A stretch of 64,000 nucleotides of DNA from an uncultured Acidobacteriota bacterium (lineage in GTDB: Bacteria; Acidobacteriota; Vicinamibacteria; Vicinamibacterales; 2-12-FULL-66-21), in NCBI GenBank assembly GCA_963847125.1, contig CAWJYM010000004.1, positions 3,309,663 to 3,373,662 of the forward strand, in the 5' to 3' direction. Position numbers and translations under genes: made by a program. The notes under the pieces were generated by a model. The model was not told where the DNA came from. It saw only the letters and a list, made by a program, of their open reading frames with translations, and did not search any database. This document shows, piece after piece, positions 10,082 through 18,867 of this stretch; positions within the stretch are counted from its first letter, which is position 1, and each line of letters starts with the position of its first letter.

Positions 10082-10202
10082 CTTGTAGTCAAAACTCCTT
10101 CAGGAATCTAGCGCGGCTGTCTCGGCTCAACATACTGATATCAAATGCATTAGGGCATCATGGCTGACATGGCATGGCCCGCGGCTCGACCGGGCCTGAT
10201 CC

Positions 10203-10673
10203 TTGATAAGTCACAGGCCAAATCCAAGCCTGGGGGCCTCAATGGATCAGCGATTCCGGTTAGTGATGGGTGGCCAGTCGCGGACGGAGAAACGAATCTC
10301 CGACCGTCAACGCGTGCGTATTCCGGGGCAGATCGTGTGGAAGGACGCCCGGGGAGCGACCCGGATGGCGTCGGTCATCACGCGAGACATCAGCGAACAC
10401 GGTGTCGCCGTGGACTGCCTCGGTGGAACGCCAATCCCCCAATACCGCCTCGTGTATTTCCAGGTCGATCGAAGCGAACGTCAGCGCGTCGACCTGCCTC
10501 AGGCCCTGCGTGGCAGCCATGTGCTGTCGGCGGTGTATCGGGTCGAGCCGTGCAGCGCCGAGACCGGGCTGCCGGCGGGATACGCGCTGCGTCTGCTCGT
10601 CGAACCGGAACGCGCGGCTGTCGTGACCTCCATCCCGGCGCGGCAGCAGCACGCGCAGAACAAAACCGCCTGA
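10203..10673 (+). CDS. PilZ domain protein (putative c-di-GMP binding)
   Basis: PilZ-like motif pair: RISDRQRVR (RxxxR) and TRDISEHGVAV (DxSxxG). The real start may be ATG 10242 (MDQRFRL...). Confidence 0.65.
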   Translation: MISHRPNPSLGASMDQRFRLVMGGQSRTEKRISDRQRVRIPGQIVWKDARGATRMASVITRDISEHGVAVDCLGGTPIPQYRLVYFQVDRSERQRVDLPQALRGSHVLSAVYRVEPCSAETGLPAGYALRLLVEPERAAVVTSIPARQQHAQNKTA

Positions 10674-10688
10674 CGCTGGGACCAGCCC

Positions 10689-11123
10689 ATGGACCCACAG
10701 CCCGGCGGGCGCGCGATGCATGCGTCCTCGTCCCCCTCGTCCTCGTCGGGCGGCTGGTCGCGCTTTCGCGGCCGCGCCCCATCCTCGGGCGCCTTGCTGA
10801 GGATTGAACGCTGGAATCCCGCCGAGGATGGTCCTCTCACCGAAGCGGCGCTCCAGCGCAAGTGCGAGTTCGAAGAATGCTCCGTCATCCGCCGCACGTA
10901 TCAGCCGGGAACCGTGTTGCCGGCTGAGACTGTGAGCGTTGATCACGTCGAGGCCATCGTCTCCGGACTGCTCAGGATCACAATCGACGGCATCTCGGCC
11001 ATTCTGGCGGCCGGCGACGCGGTCTTCGTGCCTCGTGGCTCGATGCGCCGCGGCGAGGTCGTTGGAGCGATGCCTGTCGTGAGCCTGGAAGCGCACCGCC
11101 ACGGCGAGCCCTCGCGGTCGTAG
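10689..11123 (+). CDS. Cupin-fold protein (start uncertain)
   Basis: The C-terminal half resembles a cupin barrel (VDHVEAIVSGLLRITIDG...LAAGDAVFVPRGSMRRGEV). The Ser-rich N-terminus suggests the true start is downstream (ATG ~10716, or TTG ~10794). Confidence 0.45.
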   Translation: MDPQPGGRAMHASSSPSSSSGGWSRFRGRAPSSGALLRIERWNPAEDGPLTEAALQRKCEFEECSVIRRTYQPGTVLPAETVSVDHVEAIVSGLLRITIDGISAILAAGDAVFVPRGSMRRGEVVGAMPVVSLEAHRHGEPSRS

Positions 11124-11242
11124 GATCTTTCAGAGGACCTCACCCTCCCCCTCGGCACGGCCCCGACTGCTCATCACGCAGTTCGTCCCGTCGGGGTAAA
11201 CTTTCCCGCGCCGGCCATCGTCTAGGCCTCACTGAGGACACC

Positions 11243-12793
11243 ATGATTCACCGCCGCCGTTTCGTGCAGTCGATGCTCGCGCTCGGCGCCACCGCCGGGC
11301 TCCGGCCGGGTACGCTGGTGTTCGGCGCGCCGCCCGACGGCGCGCTGAAGGACCTCGCGGATGCCGCGCTCGGCGCCGCCAAGGCTGGCGGCGCGACGTA
11401 CGCCGACATCCGCATCAACCGCTACCGGAACCAGTTCATTTTCACCCGCGACCGGCGGGTCCAGAACATCGTCAACACCGAGGACTACGGCTTCGGCGTG
11501 CGCGTCGTCGTGGACGGCACCTGGGGATTCGCGAGCAGCGCCGACGTCAAGAAGGACGAAGTGGCGCGCGTCGCGCGTCAGGCGATCGCGATCGCGCGGG
11601 CAAACCGGAAGGTCAACGCAGAGCCGGTGCGGCTTGCGCCGGTTCAGGCCTATCAGGACGAATGGAATACTCCGGTCAAGAAAAACCCGTTCGACATGCC
11701 GATCCAGCCGAAGCTCGATCTGCTACTCCAGATCCACGAAGCCGTCCTCAAAGTTCCGGGCGCGACCTTCGTGACCGCGTTCATGCAGTTCGTCAACGAA
11801 CAGAAGTTCTTTGCCTCCTCGGAAGGCTCCGTCATTCAGCAGTCGTTGATCCGCTCGTATCCCTTCTTCAACGTGACAGCGGTCGATCGCGCGGCCGGAA
11901 AGTTCTACAGCCGCGCGTCGCTCACGGCGCCGATGGGCACGGGCTACGAGTACGTCGAAAGCTATCCCCTTCTCGAGGAGGCGCGCATCGCGGCCGAAGA
12001 AGCGGTGGCGATGCACAAGGCGAAACCGGCGCCGGCCGGACAGAAAACGCTCATCCTGCATCCGACCAACCTCTGGCTGACGATTCACGAGTCGGTGGGA
12101 CACTCGACCGAGCTGGATCGCGCGCTCGGGTATGAAGCGAACTACGCGGGCACGAGCTTCCTCACGACCGACAAGCTCGGGAAGTTCAAGTTTGGCGCGC
12201 CGCACGTCAACTTCGTGGCCGACAAGACCCAGGCGCAGGCAATGGCGACCTGCGGCTACGACGATGACGGAGTGAGGACGACGAAGTGGCACCTGGTGAA
12301 GGGCGGGATGTTCGTCGACTATCAGACGACCCGCGATCAGGCTCACCTCATCGGACAGGCGGCGTCGCACGGCTGCAGCTACGCGGACAACTGGTCGTCG
12401 GTCCCGTTCCAGCGGATGCCGAACGTTTCGCTCGAGCCGGGCACGAAGCCCCTCACCGAGCAGGACATCATCGGCGCCACCGACGACGGGGTGTACGTGA
12501 AGGGGGACGCGAGCTTCAGCATCGACCACCAGCGCTACAACTTCCAGTTCAGCGGCCAGACGTTCTGGGAGGTGAAGGGCGGCAAGATCACGTCGCAGCT
12601 GCGCGATCTGGCGTATCAATCGAACACGCCGGAGTTCTGGAACGCCTGTGACATGCTCGGCGGGCAGTCCACGTACCTGCTCGGCGGCGCATTCGGTGAC
12701 GGCAAAGGCCAGCCGCCGCAGAGCAACTCGGTCAGCCACGGCTGCCCTATCGCGCGGTTCCAGAAGGTCAACATCCTTTTCACCGGAAAGTAA
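11243..12793 (+). CDS. tldD: TldD-family metallopeptidase with twin-arginine signal
   Basis: The Tat-like N-terminus (MIHRRRFVQSMLALGATAGL) and the TldD zinc motif IHESVGHSTELDRA are present, along with family-typical GxC/DDG blocks. Confidence 0.88.
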   Translation: MIHRRRFVQSMLALGATAGLRPGTLVFGAPPDGALKDLADAALGAAKAGGATYADIRINRYRNQFIFTRDRRVQNIVNTEDYGFGVRVVVDGTWGFASSADVKKDEVARVARQAIAIARANRKVNAEPVRLAPVQAYQDEWNTPVKKNPFDMPIQPKLDLLLQIHEAVLKVPGATFVTAFMQFVNEQKFFASSEGSVIQQSLIRSYPFFNVTAVDRAAGKFYSRASLTAPMGTGYEYVESYPLLEEARIAAEEAVAMHKAKPAPAGQKTLILHPTNLWLTIHESVGHSTELDRALGYEANYAGTSFLTTDKLGKFKFGAPHVNFVADKTQAQAMATCGYDDDGVRTTKWHLVKGGMFVDYQTTRDQAHLIGQAASHGCSYADNWSSVPFQRMPNVSLEPGTKPLTEQDIIGATDDGVYVKGDASFSIDHQRYNFQFSGQTFWEVKGGKITSQLRDLAYQSNTPEFWNACDMLGGQSTYLLGGAFGDGKGQPPQSNSVSHGCPIARFQKVNILFTGK

Positions 12794-12803
12794 CGGGGTC
12801 AGC

Positions 12804-14147
12804 ATGATTTGGTCACGCGAACAGGCGAAGGCCCTTATCGATCGCGCGCTCGCCCTGCGGAAGGCCGACGAGCTCGTCGTCGGCCTGAACGGCGGCGAGC
12901 GAGGCAACGTTCGCTTCGCGCGGAACACCGCGACCACCGCCGGCGCCTCAGCCGGCTACACGCTCGCGGTCACCGCGAACATCGGCAAGCGCGCCGGCAC
13001 GACGACGACCAGCTCGTTCGACGACGCCGCGCTCGAGCGTACGGTTCGGGCTGCAGAAGAGATCGCGCGGCTGAGCCCCGAGAATCCCGAGGCGATGCCT
13101 GCGCTCGAGGCGCAGCAGTACGGTGAAGCGCGTGCGTTTTTCGACGACGTTGCCGCGGCCAGTCCCGACTGGCGCGCGGGAACGGTCGGCGCGGCGCTCG
13201 AGCTCAGCCGAGCCCGGGATGTCGTTTCGGCGGGATTCGTTGAGACCTCCGCGAGCATCCGTGCGGTCGGGACGTCGAAAGGGCTCTTCGCCTACGGTGC
13301 GTTCACGAACGCGGATTACAACCTGACGGCGCGTACGCCGGACGCCACCGGATCGGGTTGGGCGTCGAAGTCGTTCAACGAGCTGTCGAAGATCGACGCG
13401 AAGAGCATCGCCCAGGCCGCGATCGACAAGGCGGTGCGCTCAAAGAACCCGTCGGCGATCGAGCCGGGGAAGTACACCGTCGTCCTCGAGCCGGCGGCGA
13501 TGGCCGACCTCCTGGCGTTCATGATGTTCTCTGGAGACGCGCGACAGGCGGACGAGGGGCGCAGCTTCTTCTCGAAGAAAGGCGGCGGCAACCGGATCGG
13601 CGAGACGATCCTCGGTGAGCGAGTCCGGATCTTCTCAGACCCCGCCTCCAACGTCGCGCCCGGCCTGCCGTTCGACAACCAGGGGCTGCCGATCACCCGC
13701 ACGATGTGGGTCGAAGCGGGGGTCCTCAAGAACCTGTTCTACTCGCGGTTCTGGGCGCAGAAACAGCAGAAGGCTCCCACTCCCCAACCGGCCAACATCG
13801 TCCTCGAGGGCGGAACGTCCACGCTCGATGAGCTGATAAAGGAGACCGAGCGCGGAGTGCTGGTCACGCGGTTCTGGTACATCCGGCCGCTCGATCCGCA
13901 GACGATCCTGTTGACCGGGCTGACGCGCGACGGGCTCTTCCTGATTGAGAAAGGGCAAGTGACGCGCCCGATCAAGAACATGCGCTGGAACGAGAGCCCG
14001 ATCGTTGCCTTCAACAACATCGAGGCGATGACGCCGTCCGATCGGGTCGTGAGCGGAGAAGGGATCGGCAGCGACGGACTGTCGGTCGTCTGTCCGGCGG
14101 CGCGCGTTCGGGAGTTTACGTTTACGTCGGCGTCGGATGCGGTGTAG
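12804..14147 (+). CDS. TldD/PmbA-family protein (partner subunit)
   Basis: It begins at ATG 12804 (MIWSREQAKALIDRAL...), 8 nt after the tldD stop. TldE/PmbA-like blocks are present (RFARNTATT, LLTGLTRDGLFLIEKGQV). The longer ORF start at 12648 overlaps tldD. Confidence 0.85.
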   Translation: MIWSREQAKALIDRALALRKADELVVGLNGGERGNVRFARNTATTAGASAGYTLAVTANIGKRAGTTTTSSFDDAALERTVRAAEEIARLSPENPEAMPALEAQQYGEARAFFDDVAAASPDWRAGTVGAALELSRARDVVSAGFVETSASIRAVGTSKGLFAYGAFTNADYNLTARTPDATGSGWASKSFNELSKIDAKSIAQAAIDKAVRSKNPSAIEPGKYTVVLEPAAMADLLAFMMFSGDARQADEGRSFFSKKGGGNRIGETILGERVRIFSDPASNVAPGLPFDNQGLPITRTMWVEAGVLKNLFYSRFWAQKQQKAPTPQPANIVLEGGTSTLDELIKETERGVLVTRFWYIRPLDPQTILLTGLTRDGLFLIEKGQVTRPIKNMRWNESPIVAFNNIEAMTPSDRVVSGEGIGSDGLSVVCPAARVREFTFTSASDAV

Positions 14148-14149
14148 AT

Positions 14150-14296
14150 CAGAATTCAGAATTCAGAATATAGAATTCAGAATCTAGAAGAGATCGGCAT
14201 CCGGCTGATCCCCGCTGTCCGGATGACCCGAGACATTCTAGATTCTAGATTCTGAATTCTGGATTCTGAATTCTGGATTCTGAATTCTGGATTCTA
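14150..14296. repeat. A/T-rich palindrome built from tandem 7-nt repeats; three perfect 14-mers on the right arm
   Basis: The left arm (14150-14190) is CAGAATT x2, CAGAATA, TAGAATT, CAGAATC, TAGAAG. The spacer is about 44 nt and G+C-rich. The right arm (14235-14296) is ATTCTAG x2, then ATTCTGAATTCTGG x3 (14249-14290), then ATTCTA. The arms are reverse complements of each other. It contains six GAATTC sites. Confidence 0.9.
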
Positions 14297-15028
14297 CAGT
14301 TTAGAGAGCTCCTGCTTCGCCTGCGGCGCGTAGAGCGACTGCGGGAACTCGTCGATGACACGCGTGAAGGTCTGCTTGGCGTCGGAGGTCTTGCCGGCGC
14401 GCGCATACGCGTGGCCAAGCTCCATGAGAATCCCATCCATTGGCAGACGGGTCTCGCGGTCGGCCGTGAGCTCCTTGTAGATGGTGATCGCACGGTCGAA
14501 CTGTCCGCCCGCGACCTCCAGATTCGCGAGTCCCAGCCGGGCCATCTGACCGTAGATGCCCCTGCTGTCCCGATCGATCACTTCCTGATACTTCCCCTGC
14601 GCTTCTGCGGCCCGGCCGAGCTCGGCGAGTATGCAGGCCGCCTGATATCGGGCGGCCAGGCCCGCGTCGGTGGACGGGTAACGTCCGACGACGTCCAGGA
14701 ACTTCGGCAGCGCCGCTTCGAGCTTGGCCTGCTCCGTCGGATAGCTGTTGGGGGGCGGTGCCGGAGGCGTCGCGCCCGGTTGCGGCGGCGGCGCGGGCGG
14801 AGCAACCGGAGCCTCGGCGATCGTGAGCGCCTGGGCGAGCAACGCTCCCGCGGCCGCCTCGGTCCGGCCGCGCCAGATGAAGTAGCCGCCGATGACGGCG
14901 GCGACGACCAGGAGGCCGACGATCGCAAAGCCGATCTTGCGGCCGCTCGTCGTCAGCGCGTCGTTCACGCGCCCCAGCGTGTGGGCCAGCTCGTTCTCTT
15001 TCAGGTGATGGCGTTCAGTTCGTTTCAT
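14294..15028 (-). CDS. Membrane-anchored TPR protein (YfgM/YbgF-like)
   Basis: The N-terminal HHLKENELA segment is followed by one TM helix (IGFAIVGLLVVAAVIGGYFIW), a Pro/Ala linker and TPR-like repeats. Confidence 0.75.
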   Translation of the reverse strand: MKRTERHHLKENELAHTLGRVNDALTTSGRKIGFAIVGLLVVAAVIGGYFIWRGRTEAAAGALLAQALTIAEAPVAPPAPPPQPGATPPAPPPNSYPTEQAKLEAALPKFLDVVGRYPSTDAGLAARYQAACILAELGRAAEAQGKYQEVIDRDSRGIYGQMARLGLANLEVAGGQFDRAITIYKELTADRETRLPMDGILMELGHAYARAGKTSDAKQTFTRVIDEFPQSLYAPQAKQELSKL

Positions 15029-15053
15029 GGCAGCTATCAGCGTTCTGTGGTTT

Positions 15054-15085
15054 CATCCGCGTTGATCTGCGTTCATCTGCGGCTT
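15054..15085. repeat. Triple tandem decamer, family B copy 1 (CATCCGCGTT GATCTGCGTT CATCTGCGGC tt)
   Basis: Three consecutive 10-mers lie immediately 3' of tRNA-Arg and 26 nt upstream of the TPR gene start on the minus strand. A related copy is at 31021-31052. Confidence 0.6.
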
Positions 15086-15089
15086 GGAT

Positions 15090-15166
15090 TGGTGCGCCCG
15101 GCGCGAGTCGAACGCGCGGCCCCCGCCTTAGGAGGGCGGTGCTCTATCCACCTGAGCTACGGGCGC
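15090..15166 (-). tRNA. tRNA-Arg (anticodon CCT)
   Basis: The reverse complement folds as a cloverleaf: GCGCCCG-TA-GCTC-AGGTGGATA-GAGC-A-CCGCC-CTCCTAA-GGCGG-GGGCC-GCGCG-TTCGACT-CGCGC-CGGGCGC-A-CCA. It is 77 nt with an encoded CCA. Confidence 0.95.
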
Positions 15167-15210
15167 GTAAACACGTATTTTAGCCGAGACGTACGGCCGG
15201 TGCGACCCGT

Positions 15211-15720
15211 TCACGCGTCCGGTTCAAACAGCGCCTTGAGCGCCTTCCCCACCCGCACGTACTCTTCGTAGCGCTGCTGATAGCGTTCGAGCTTCTCTCG
15301 CTCGATTGAGGCAAGGGCCGCGCGTCCCTCGGGGCCGCCGCGCGCTTCTGCCGCTGCCGCCTTCAGCTTGCACTCTTCGTCGTGGGCGCGTTCCCAGGTG
15401 AGCCAGGCCGTGGTCCAGCGGGCGTGGGCGTCCCGCGCGTCCGCCTCGGTGAACGGATAACGGCCGCGTCCGGCCTCGGCTTCGTCCAGGCCTGCCATCG
15501 CCGGCCCGAACAGCTTTCGGGCGACGCTGACGGCCGGCTGCCAGGCGAGCAGCTTCTTCGGATCCTCCCGCGCTTCCCCCACCGCTGGCGCGAAGAGCGT
15601 CAGGAGCGCGACCGTCGTCGCATCGTCCCGGCTGCGGCGCACCTCCTGCACGATCACCAGCGCGACCCAGACGATCGCGACGCCGATGATCAAGAGGAAG
15701 AGAACGAGGAAAAGGAACAC
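15211..15720 (-). CDS. Hypothetical membrane-anchored protein
   Basis: It has an N-terminal TM helix (MFLFLVLFLLIIGVAIVWVALVIV) and high third-position G+C. It is spaced 2 nt from the apt stop. Confidence 0.6.
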   Translation of the reverse strand: MFLFLVLFLLIIGVAIVWVALVIVQEVRRSRDDATTVALLTLFAPAVGEAREDPKKLLAWQPAVSVARKLFGPAMAGLDEAEAGRGRYPFTEADARDAHARWTTAWLTWERAHDEECKLKAAAAEARGGPEGRAALASIEREKLERYQQRYEEYVRVGKALKALFEPDA

Positions 15721-15722
15721 GG

Positions 15723-16238
15723 TCAGTAGCGCAGGAGAGCGAACACGTTCTCGCCGTCCAGGCGCGCCCGCCCCTTCAGCTCCGCGAGCTCGATCAGGAA
15801 GGCGACGGCGTGAACCGTCCCGCCGAGCTGTTTGACCAGATCGACGGTCGCACGCGCGGTGCCGCCAGTGGCGAGGAGATCGTCGACGATGAGGACGCGC
15901 TGCCCGCGGCTCACCGCATCCGCATGTACTTCGAGGCTGTCGCTTCCGTACTCGAGGTCATAGGTGACCCGGATGGACTTCGACGGCAGCTTGCCGAGCT
16001 TGCGCACCGGCACGAACCCCGCCCCGATCCGGTGCGCGATCGCCCCGCCCAGAATGAATCCCCGGCTCTCGATGCCGACGACGAGATCGATCCGGGCGTC
16101 GCGGTACGGCGCCGCGAGCGCCTCGATTACCTGATGGAACCCGTCACGATCGCCCAGCAGCGTGGTGATGTCGTAGAAGAGAATGCCCGCCTTCGGGAAG
16201 TCCGGCACATGGCGGATTCGTTCTTTGAGTGCATCCAA
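15723..16238 (-). CDS. apt: Adenine phosphoribosyltransferase
   Basis: DFPKAGILFYDITTLL and the PRPP-binding loop VLIVDDLLATGGTA are present. It has a TTG start. Confidence 0.9.
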   Translation of the reverse strand: MDALKERIRHVPDFPKAGILFYDITTLLGDRDGFHQVIEALAAPYRDARIDLVVGIESRGFILGGAIAHRIGAGFVPVRKLGKLPSKSIRVTYDLEYGSDSLEVHADAVSRGQRVLIVDDLLATGGTARATVDLVKQLGGTVHAVAFLIELAELKGRARLDGENVFALLRY

Positions 16239-16258
16239 GCGCTGTCTCCACTCTCGCG

Positions 16259-16528
16259 TTACCGAATCGTGAACCCTTTGAACCCCTCAGGAGTCGCAGC
16301 CTCGACCTCGACAGCGTCGACGCGGGCGCCGCGCGGTCCGCGACGGAGCGCGCGTTCGATCCGATCGACGCTCTCCGCGTCGCCTTCGACCATCGCTTCC
16401 ACGCGCCCGTCGGGCAGGTTGCGGACGAATCCGCTGACGCCTTCGGCGCGGGCCTGTTCGACCGTAAACCAGCGGAAGCCGACGCCTTGCACGCGTCCGC
16501 CGACTACCAATCGCCGCGCCACGATCAT
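16259..16528 (-). CDS. acyP: Acylphosphatase
   Basis: It is 89 aa with the family motifs VGGRVQGVGFRWF and GFVRNLPDGRVE. Confidence 0.9.
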   Translation of the reverse strand: MIVARRLVVGGRVQGVGFRWFTVEQARAEGVSGFVRNLPDGRVEAMVEGDAESVDRIERALRRGPRGARVDAVEVEAATPEGFKGFTIR

Positions 16529-16559
16529 CGCAAGCTGCGGATGATAGCATGGCGCGCGA

Positions 16560-17894
16560 ATGCGCGCGCTGAAGAGCCGACGCGTCGTGACCTCCGACGG
16601 CGTCCGGCCCGCGACGATCGTTGTCGAAGGGGAACGGATCGATCGCGTCGCCTCCTACGACGATGTACCTGGCGACGTGTACGACGCGGGGGATGCCGTC
16701 GTGATGCCCGGGCTCGTCGACGCGCACGTCCACATCAACGATCCGGGACGCGAGGCCTGGGAGGGATTCGAGCACGCGACGCGCGCGGCTGCAGCCGGCG
16801 GCGTGACGACCGTGATCGACATGCCGCTGAATGCCATCCCGGCGACGACGACCAACGCCGGCCTGGCGCGCAAGCACGATGCGGCGCGCGGACGGCTCGC
16901 CATCGATGTCGGGTTCTGGGGCGGTGTCGTGCCGGGCAACGAGGCCGATCTCGAGTGGCTCTGGTCGAGCGGCGTCCTCGGGTTCAAGTGCTTTCTGGTC
17001 CCCTCCGGCGTGCCTGAGTTTCCGCACGTGCTCGAATCGGATCTCGACCGAGCGCTGCCCGTGATTGCCAGGCTCGGCGCGCCGCTCCTCGTGCACGCCG
17101 AGCTGCCTGCGGTGATCGATGCGGCCGCGCCCGGGCGTACCGCCGACCGGCGATCGTATCCGGCCTACCTGGCATCACGGCCGGTGGAGGCGGAGGTCGA
17201 GGCAATCGATCTCGTCGTGCGTCTGGCGATGCGTCACAATCCACGCGTGCACATCGTCCACGTGTCGTCGCGCGAAGGCGCGGACCGGATCCGCGACGCT
17301 CAGGCGCGGGGCGTGCGCATCACCGCCGAGACCTGCCCGCACTATCTGACGTTCTCGTCCGAGGAGATTCGCGACGGCGCGACGGCGTACAAGTGCGCTC
17401 CGCCGATCCGGGACGCGGGAACGCGGTCCTCGCTCTGGGACAGTCTCGGCTCGGGTTCGCTCGACTTCGTCGCGTCGGATCACTCCCCGGCTCCTCCCGC
17501 GATGAAGGCGCTCGATAGCGGCGACTTTTTCGCGGCATGGGGCGGGATTTCGTCGCTGCAGCTTCTCCTGCCGGCGGTGTGGACGGGCGCGTGCGCGCAC
17601 GGTTTTCCAATTGACGTGATGGCCGAGTGGCTCACGGCCGCGCCCGCGCGGCTGGCGGGTCTCGCGGGCCGAAAGGGCACGCTCGAACAAGGGGCGGACG
17701 CGGACTTCGTCGTCTGGGATCCGGACGCGTCATTCGTGGTCGATCCCACGGCGCTGTACCACCGTCACCCGATTACGCCCTATGCCGGGCGCCGCCTGTT
17801 CGGCGTCGTCCGTCAGACCTGGCTCCGGGGCGATCTCGTATACGATGGCAGCCATCATCTCCAGACCGATCGTGGACGTGTCCTCACTCGTTGA
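16560..17894 (+). CDS. allB: Allantoinase (cyclic amidohydrolase)
   Basis: The amidohydrolase metal site PGLVDAHVHINDPGR is present, along with GVTTVIDMPLN, GFKCFL and ASDHSP. Confidence 0.9.
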   Translation: MRALKSRRVVTSDGVRPATIVVEGERIDRVASYDDVPGDVYDAGDAVVMPGLVDAHVHINDPGREAWEGFEHATRAAAAGGVTTVIDMPLNAIPATTTNAGLARKHDAARGRLAIDVGFWGGVVPGNEADLEWLWSSGVLGFKCFLVPSGVPEFPHVLESDLDRALPVIARLGAPLLVHAELPAVIDAAAPGRTADRRSYPAYLASRPVEAEVEAIDLVVRLAMRHNPRVHIVHVSSREGADRIRDAQARGVRITAETCPHYLTFSSEEIRDGATAYKCAPPIRDAGTRSSLWDSLGSGSLDFVASDHSPAPPAMKALDSGDFFAAWGGISSLQLLLPAVWTGACAHGFPIDVMAEWLTAAPARLAGLAGRKGTLEQGADADFVVWDPDASFVVDPTALYHRHPITPYAGRRLFGVVRQTWLRGDLVYDGSHHLQTDRGRVLTR

Positions 17895-18867
17895 TCTCGC
17901 CTCGGAACGCCTCGGCGGCGCGGTCATCGCCGCGAACGACGAGTTCTTTGCCCCGAAGGAACGGCTGATCCTCTCCGGCCCTGCGGTCTTTCTCCCCGAC
18001 GAGTACACGGACCGCGGCAAGTGGATGGATGGGTGGGAAACGCGGCGCCGGCGCGAGCCGGGGTACGACTGGTGCGTACTGCGCCTCGGGCTGCCCGGGG
18101 TCGTGCGCGCGGTGGTCGTCGACACCGCGCATTTCAAGGGGAACTATCCGGAGTCCTGCTCCGTTGATGTGGCCGTCGTCGAGGGACACGCGGCGCCCGC
18201 CGAAGTCGTGGCGAATGCGGCGTGGACGCCGGTGCTCGATCGGTCGCCGCTCGGTGGAGACCGCGAGAATCCGTTCGACGTTCGCGAGATGCGGGCGACG
18301 CACGTGCGGCTGAATATCTTTCCCGACGGCGGCGTCGCACGGCTGCGCGTGCTCGGCGACGTTTCGCCAGATTGGGAAGCCCTCAGACGTGCGGGCGGTG
18401 ACGTGGACCTCGCCGCGCTCGAGCACGGAGGCCTCGTGGTGGCCTGCAGCGACATGTTCTTCGGGAGGATGCAGAACCTCATCCTTCCCGGACCCTCGCG
18501 CGGCATGCACGACGGCTGGGAAACACGGCGACGGCGCGGTGCGGGCCACGACTGGGCCGTCGTCCGGCTCGGCCTTCCGGGATCGATCCGCCGCATCGAA
18601 GTCGATACGTCGCATTACAAGGGAAACGCGCCTGGACGCTGCTCGCTCGACTGGTGCAGCCGCCCGCGAGATGAGGCCTGGCCTCACGCCGAGGCATCGA
18701 CGGCCTGGCCCTGGCGGCCGCTGCTCGCCGAGACGCCGCTGCAGCCGCATACGCGTCACACGTTCGAAGAGGGCGTGCATCGAGACCTCGCGACGCACGT
18801 GCGGCTGAACATCTTCCCCGACGGCGGCGTCGCCCGCCTGCGGTTGTTCGGGCGGATTCTCGATTGA
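17845..18867 (+). CDS. alc: Allantoicase
   Basis: Two tandem allantoicase repeats each carry DGWETRRRR and VDTAHFKGNYP / VDTSHYKGNAP. ATG 17845 is chosen as start; the longer ORF start (17782) lies deeper inside allB. Confidence 0.88.
   Translation: MAAIISRPIVDVSSLVDLASERLGGAVIAANDEFFAPKERLILSGPAVFLPDEYTDRGKWMDGWETRRRREPGYDWCVLRLGLPGVVRAVVVDTAHFKGNYPESCSVDVAVVEGHAAPAEVVANAAWTPVLDRSPLGGDRENPFDVREMRATHVRLNIFPDGGVARLRVLGDVSPDWEALRRAGGDVDLAALEHGGLVVACSDMFFGRMQNLILPGPSRGMHDGWETRRRRGAGHDWAVVRLGLPGSIRRIEVDTSHYKGNAPGRCSLDWCSRPRDEAWPHAEASTAWPWRPLLAETPLQPHTRHTFEEGVHRDLATHVRLNIFPDGGVARLRLFGRILD

Noticed and set aside
10170-10195. A possible sigma-54 promoter (TGGCTGACATGGCATGGCCCGCGG) upstream of the PilZ gene.
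   Set aside because: No alignment gives GG and GC at the required -24/-12 spacing with a TTGC-like -12 box. I treat the TGGC strings as chance.
14150-14296. The tandem repeats considered as a CRISPR array or as plasmid-type iterons.
   Set aside because: The repeat units are only 7/14 nt, with no unique spacers, and there are no cas, rep or par genes nearby. I keep it as an unexplained palindromic repeat instead.
15090-15166. tRNA-Arg considered as the integration site of a genomic island.
   Set aside because: There is no integrase or recombinase nearby, and I found no direct repeat of the tRNA 3' end in the window. The flanking genes (apt, a TPR protein) are housekeeping-like.
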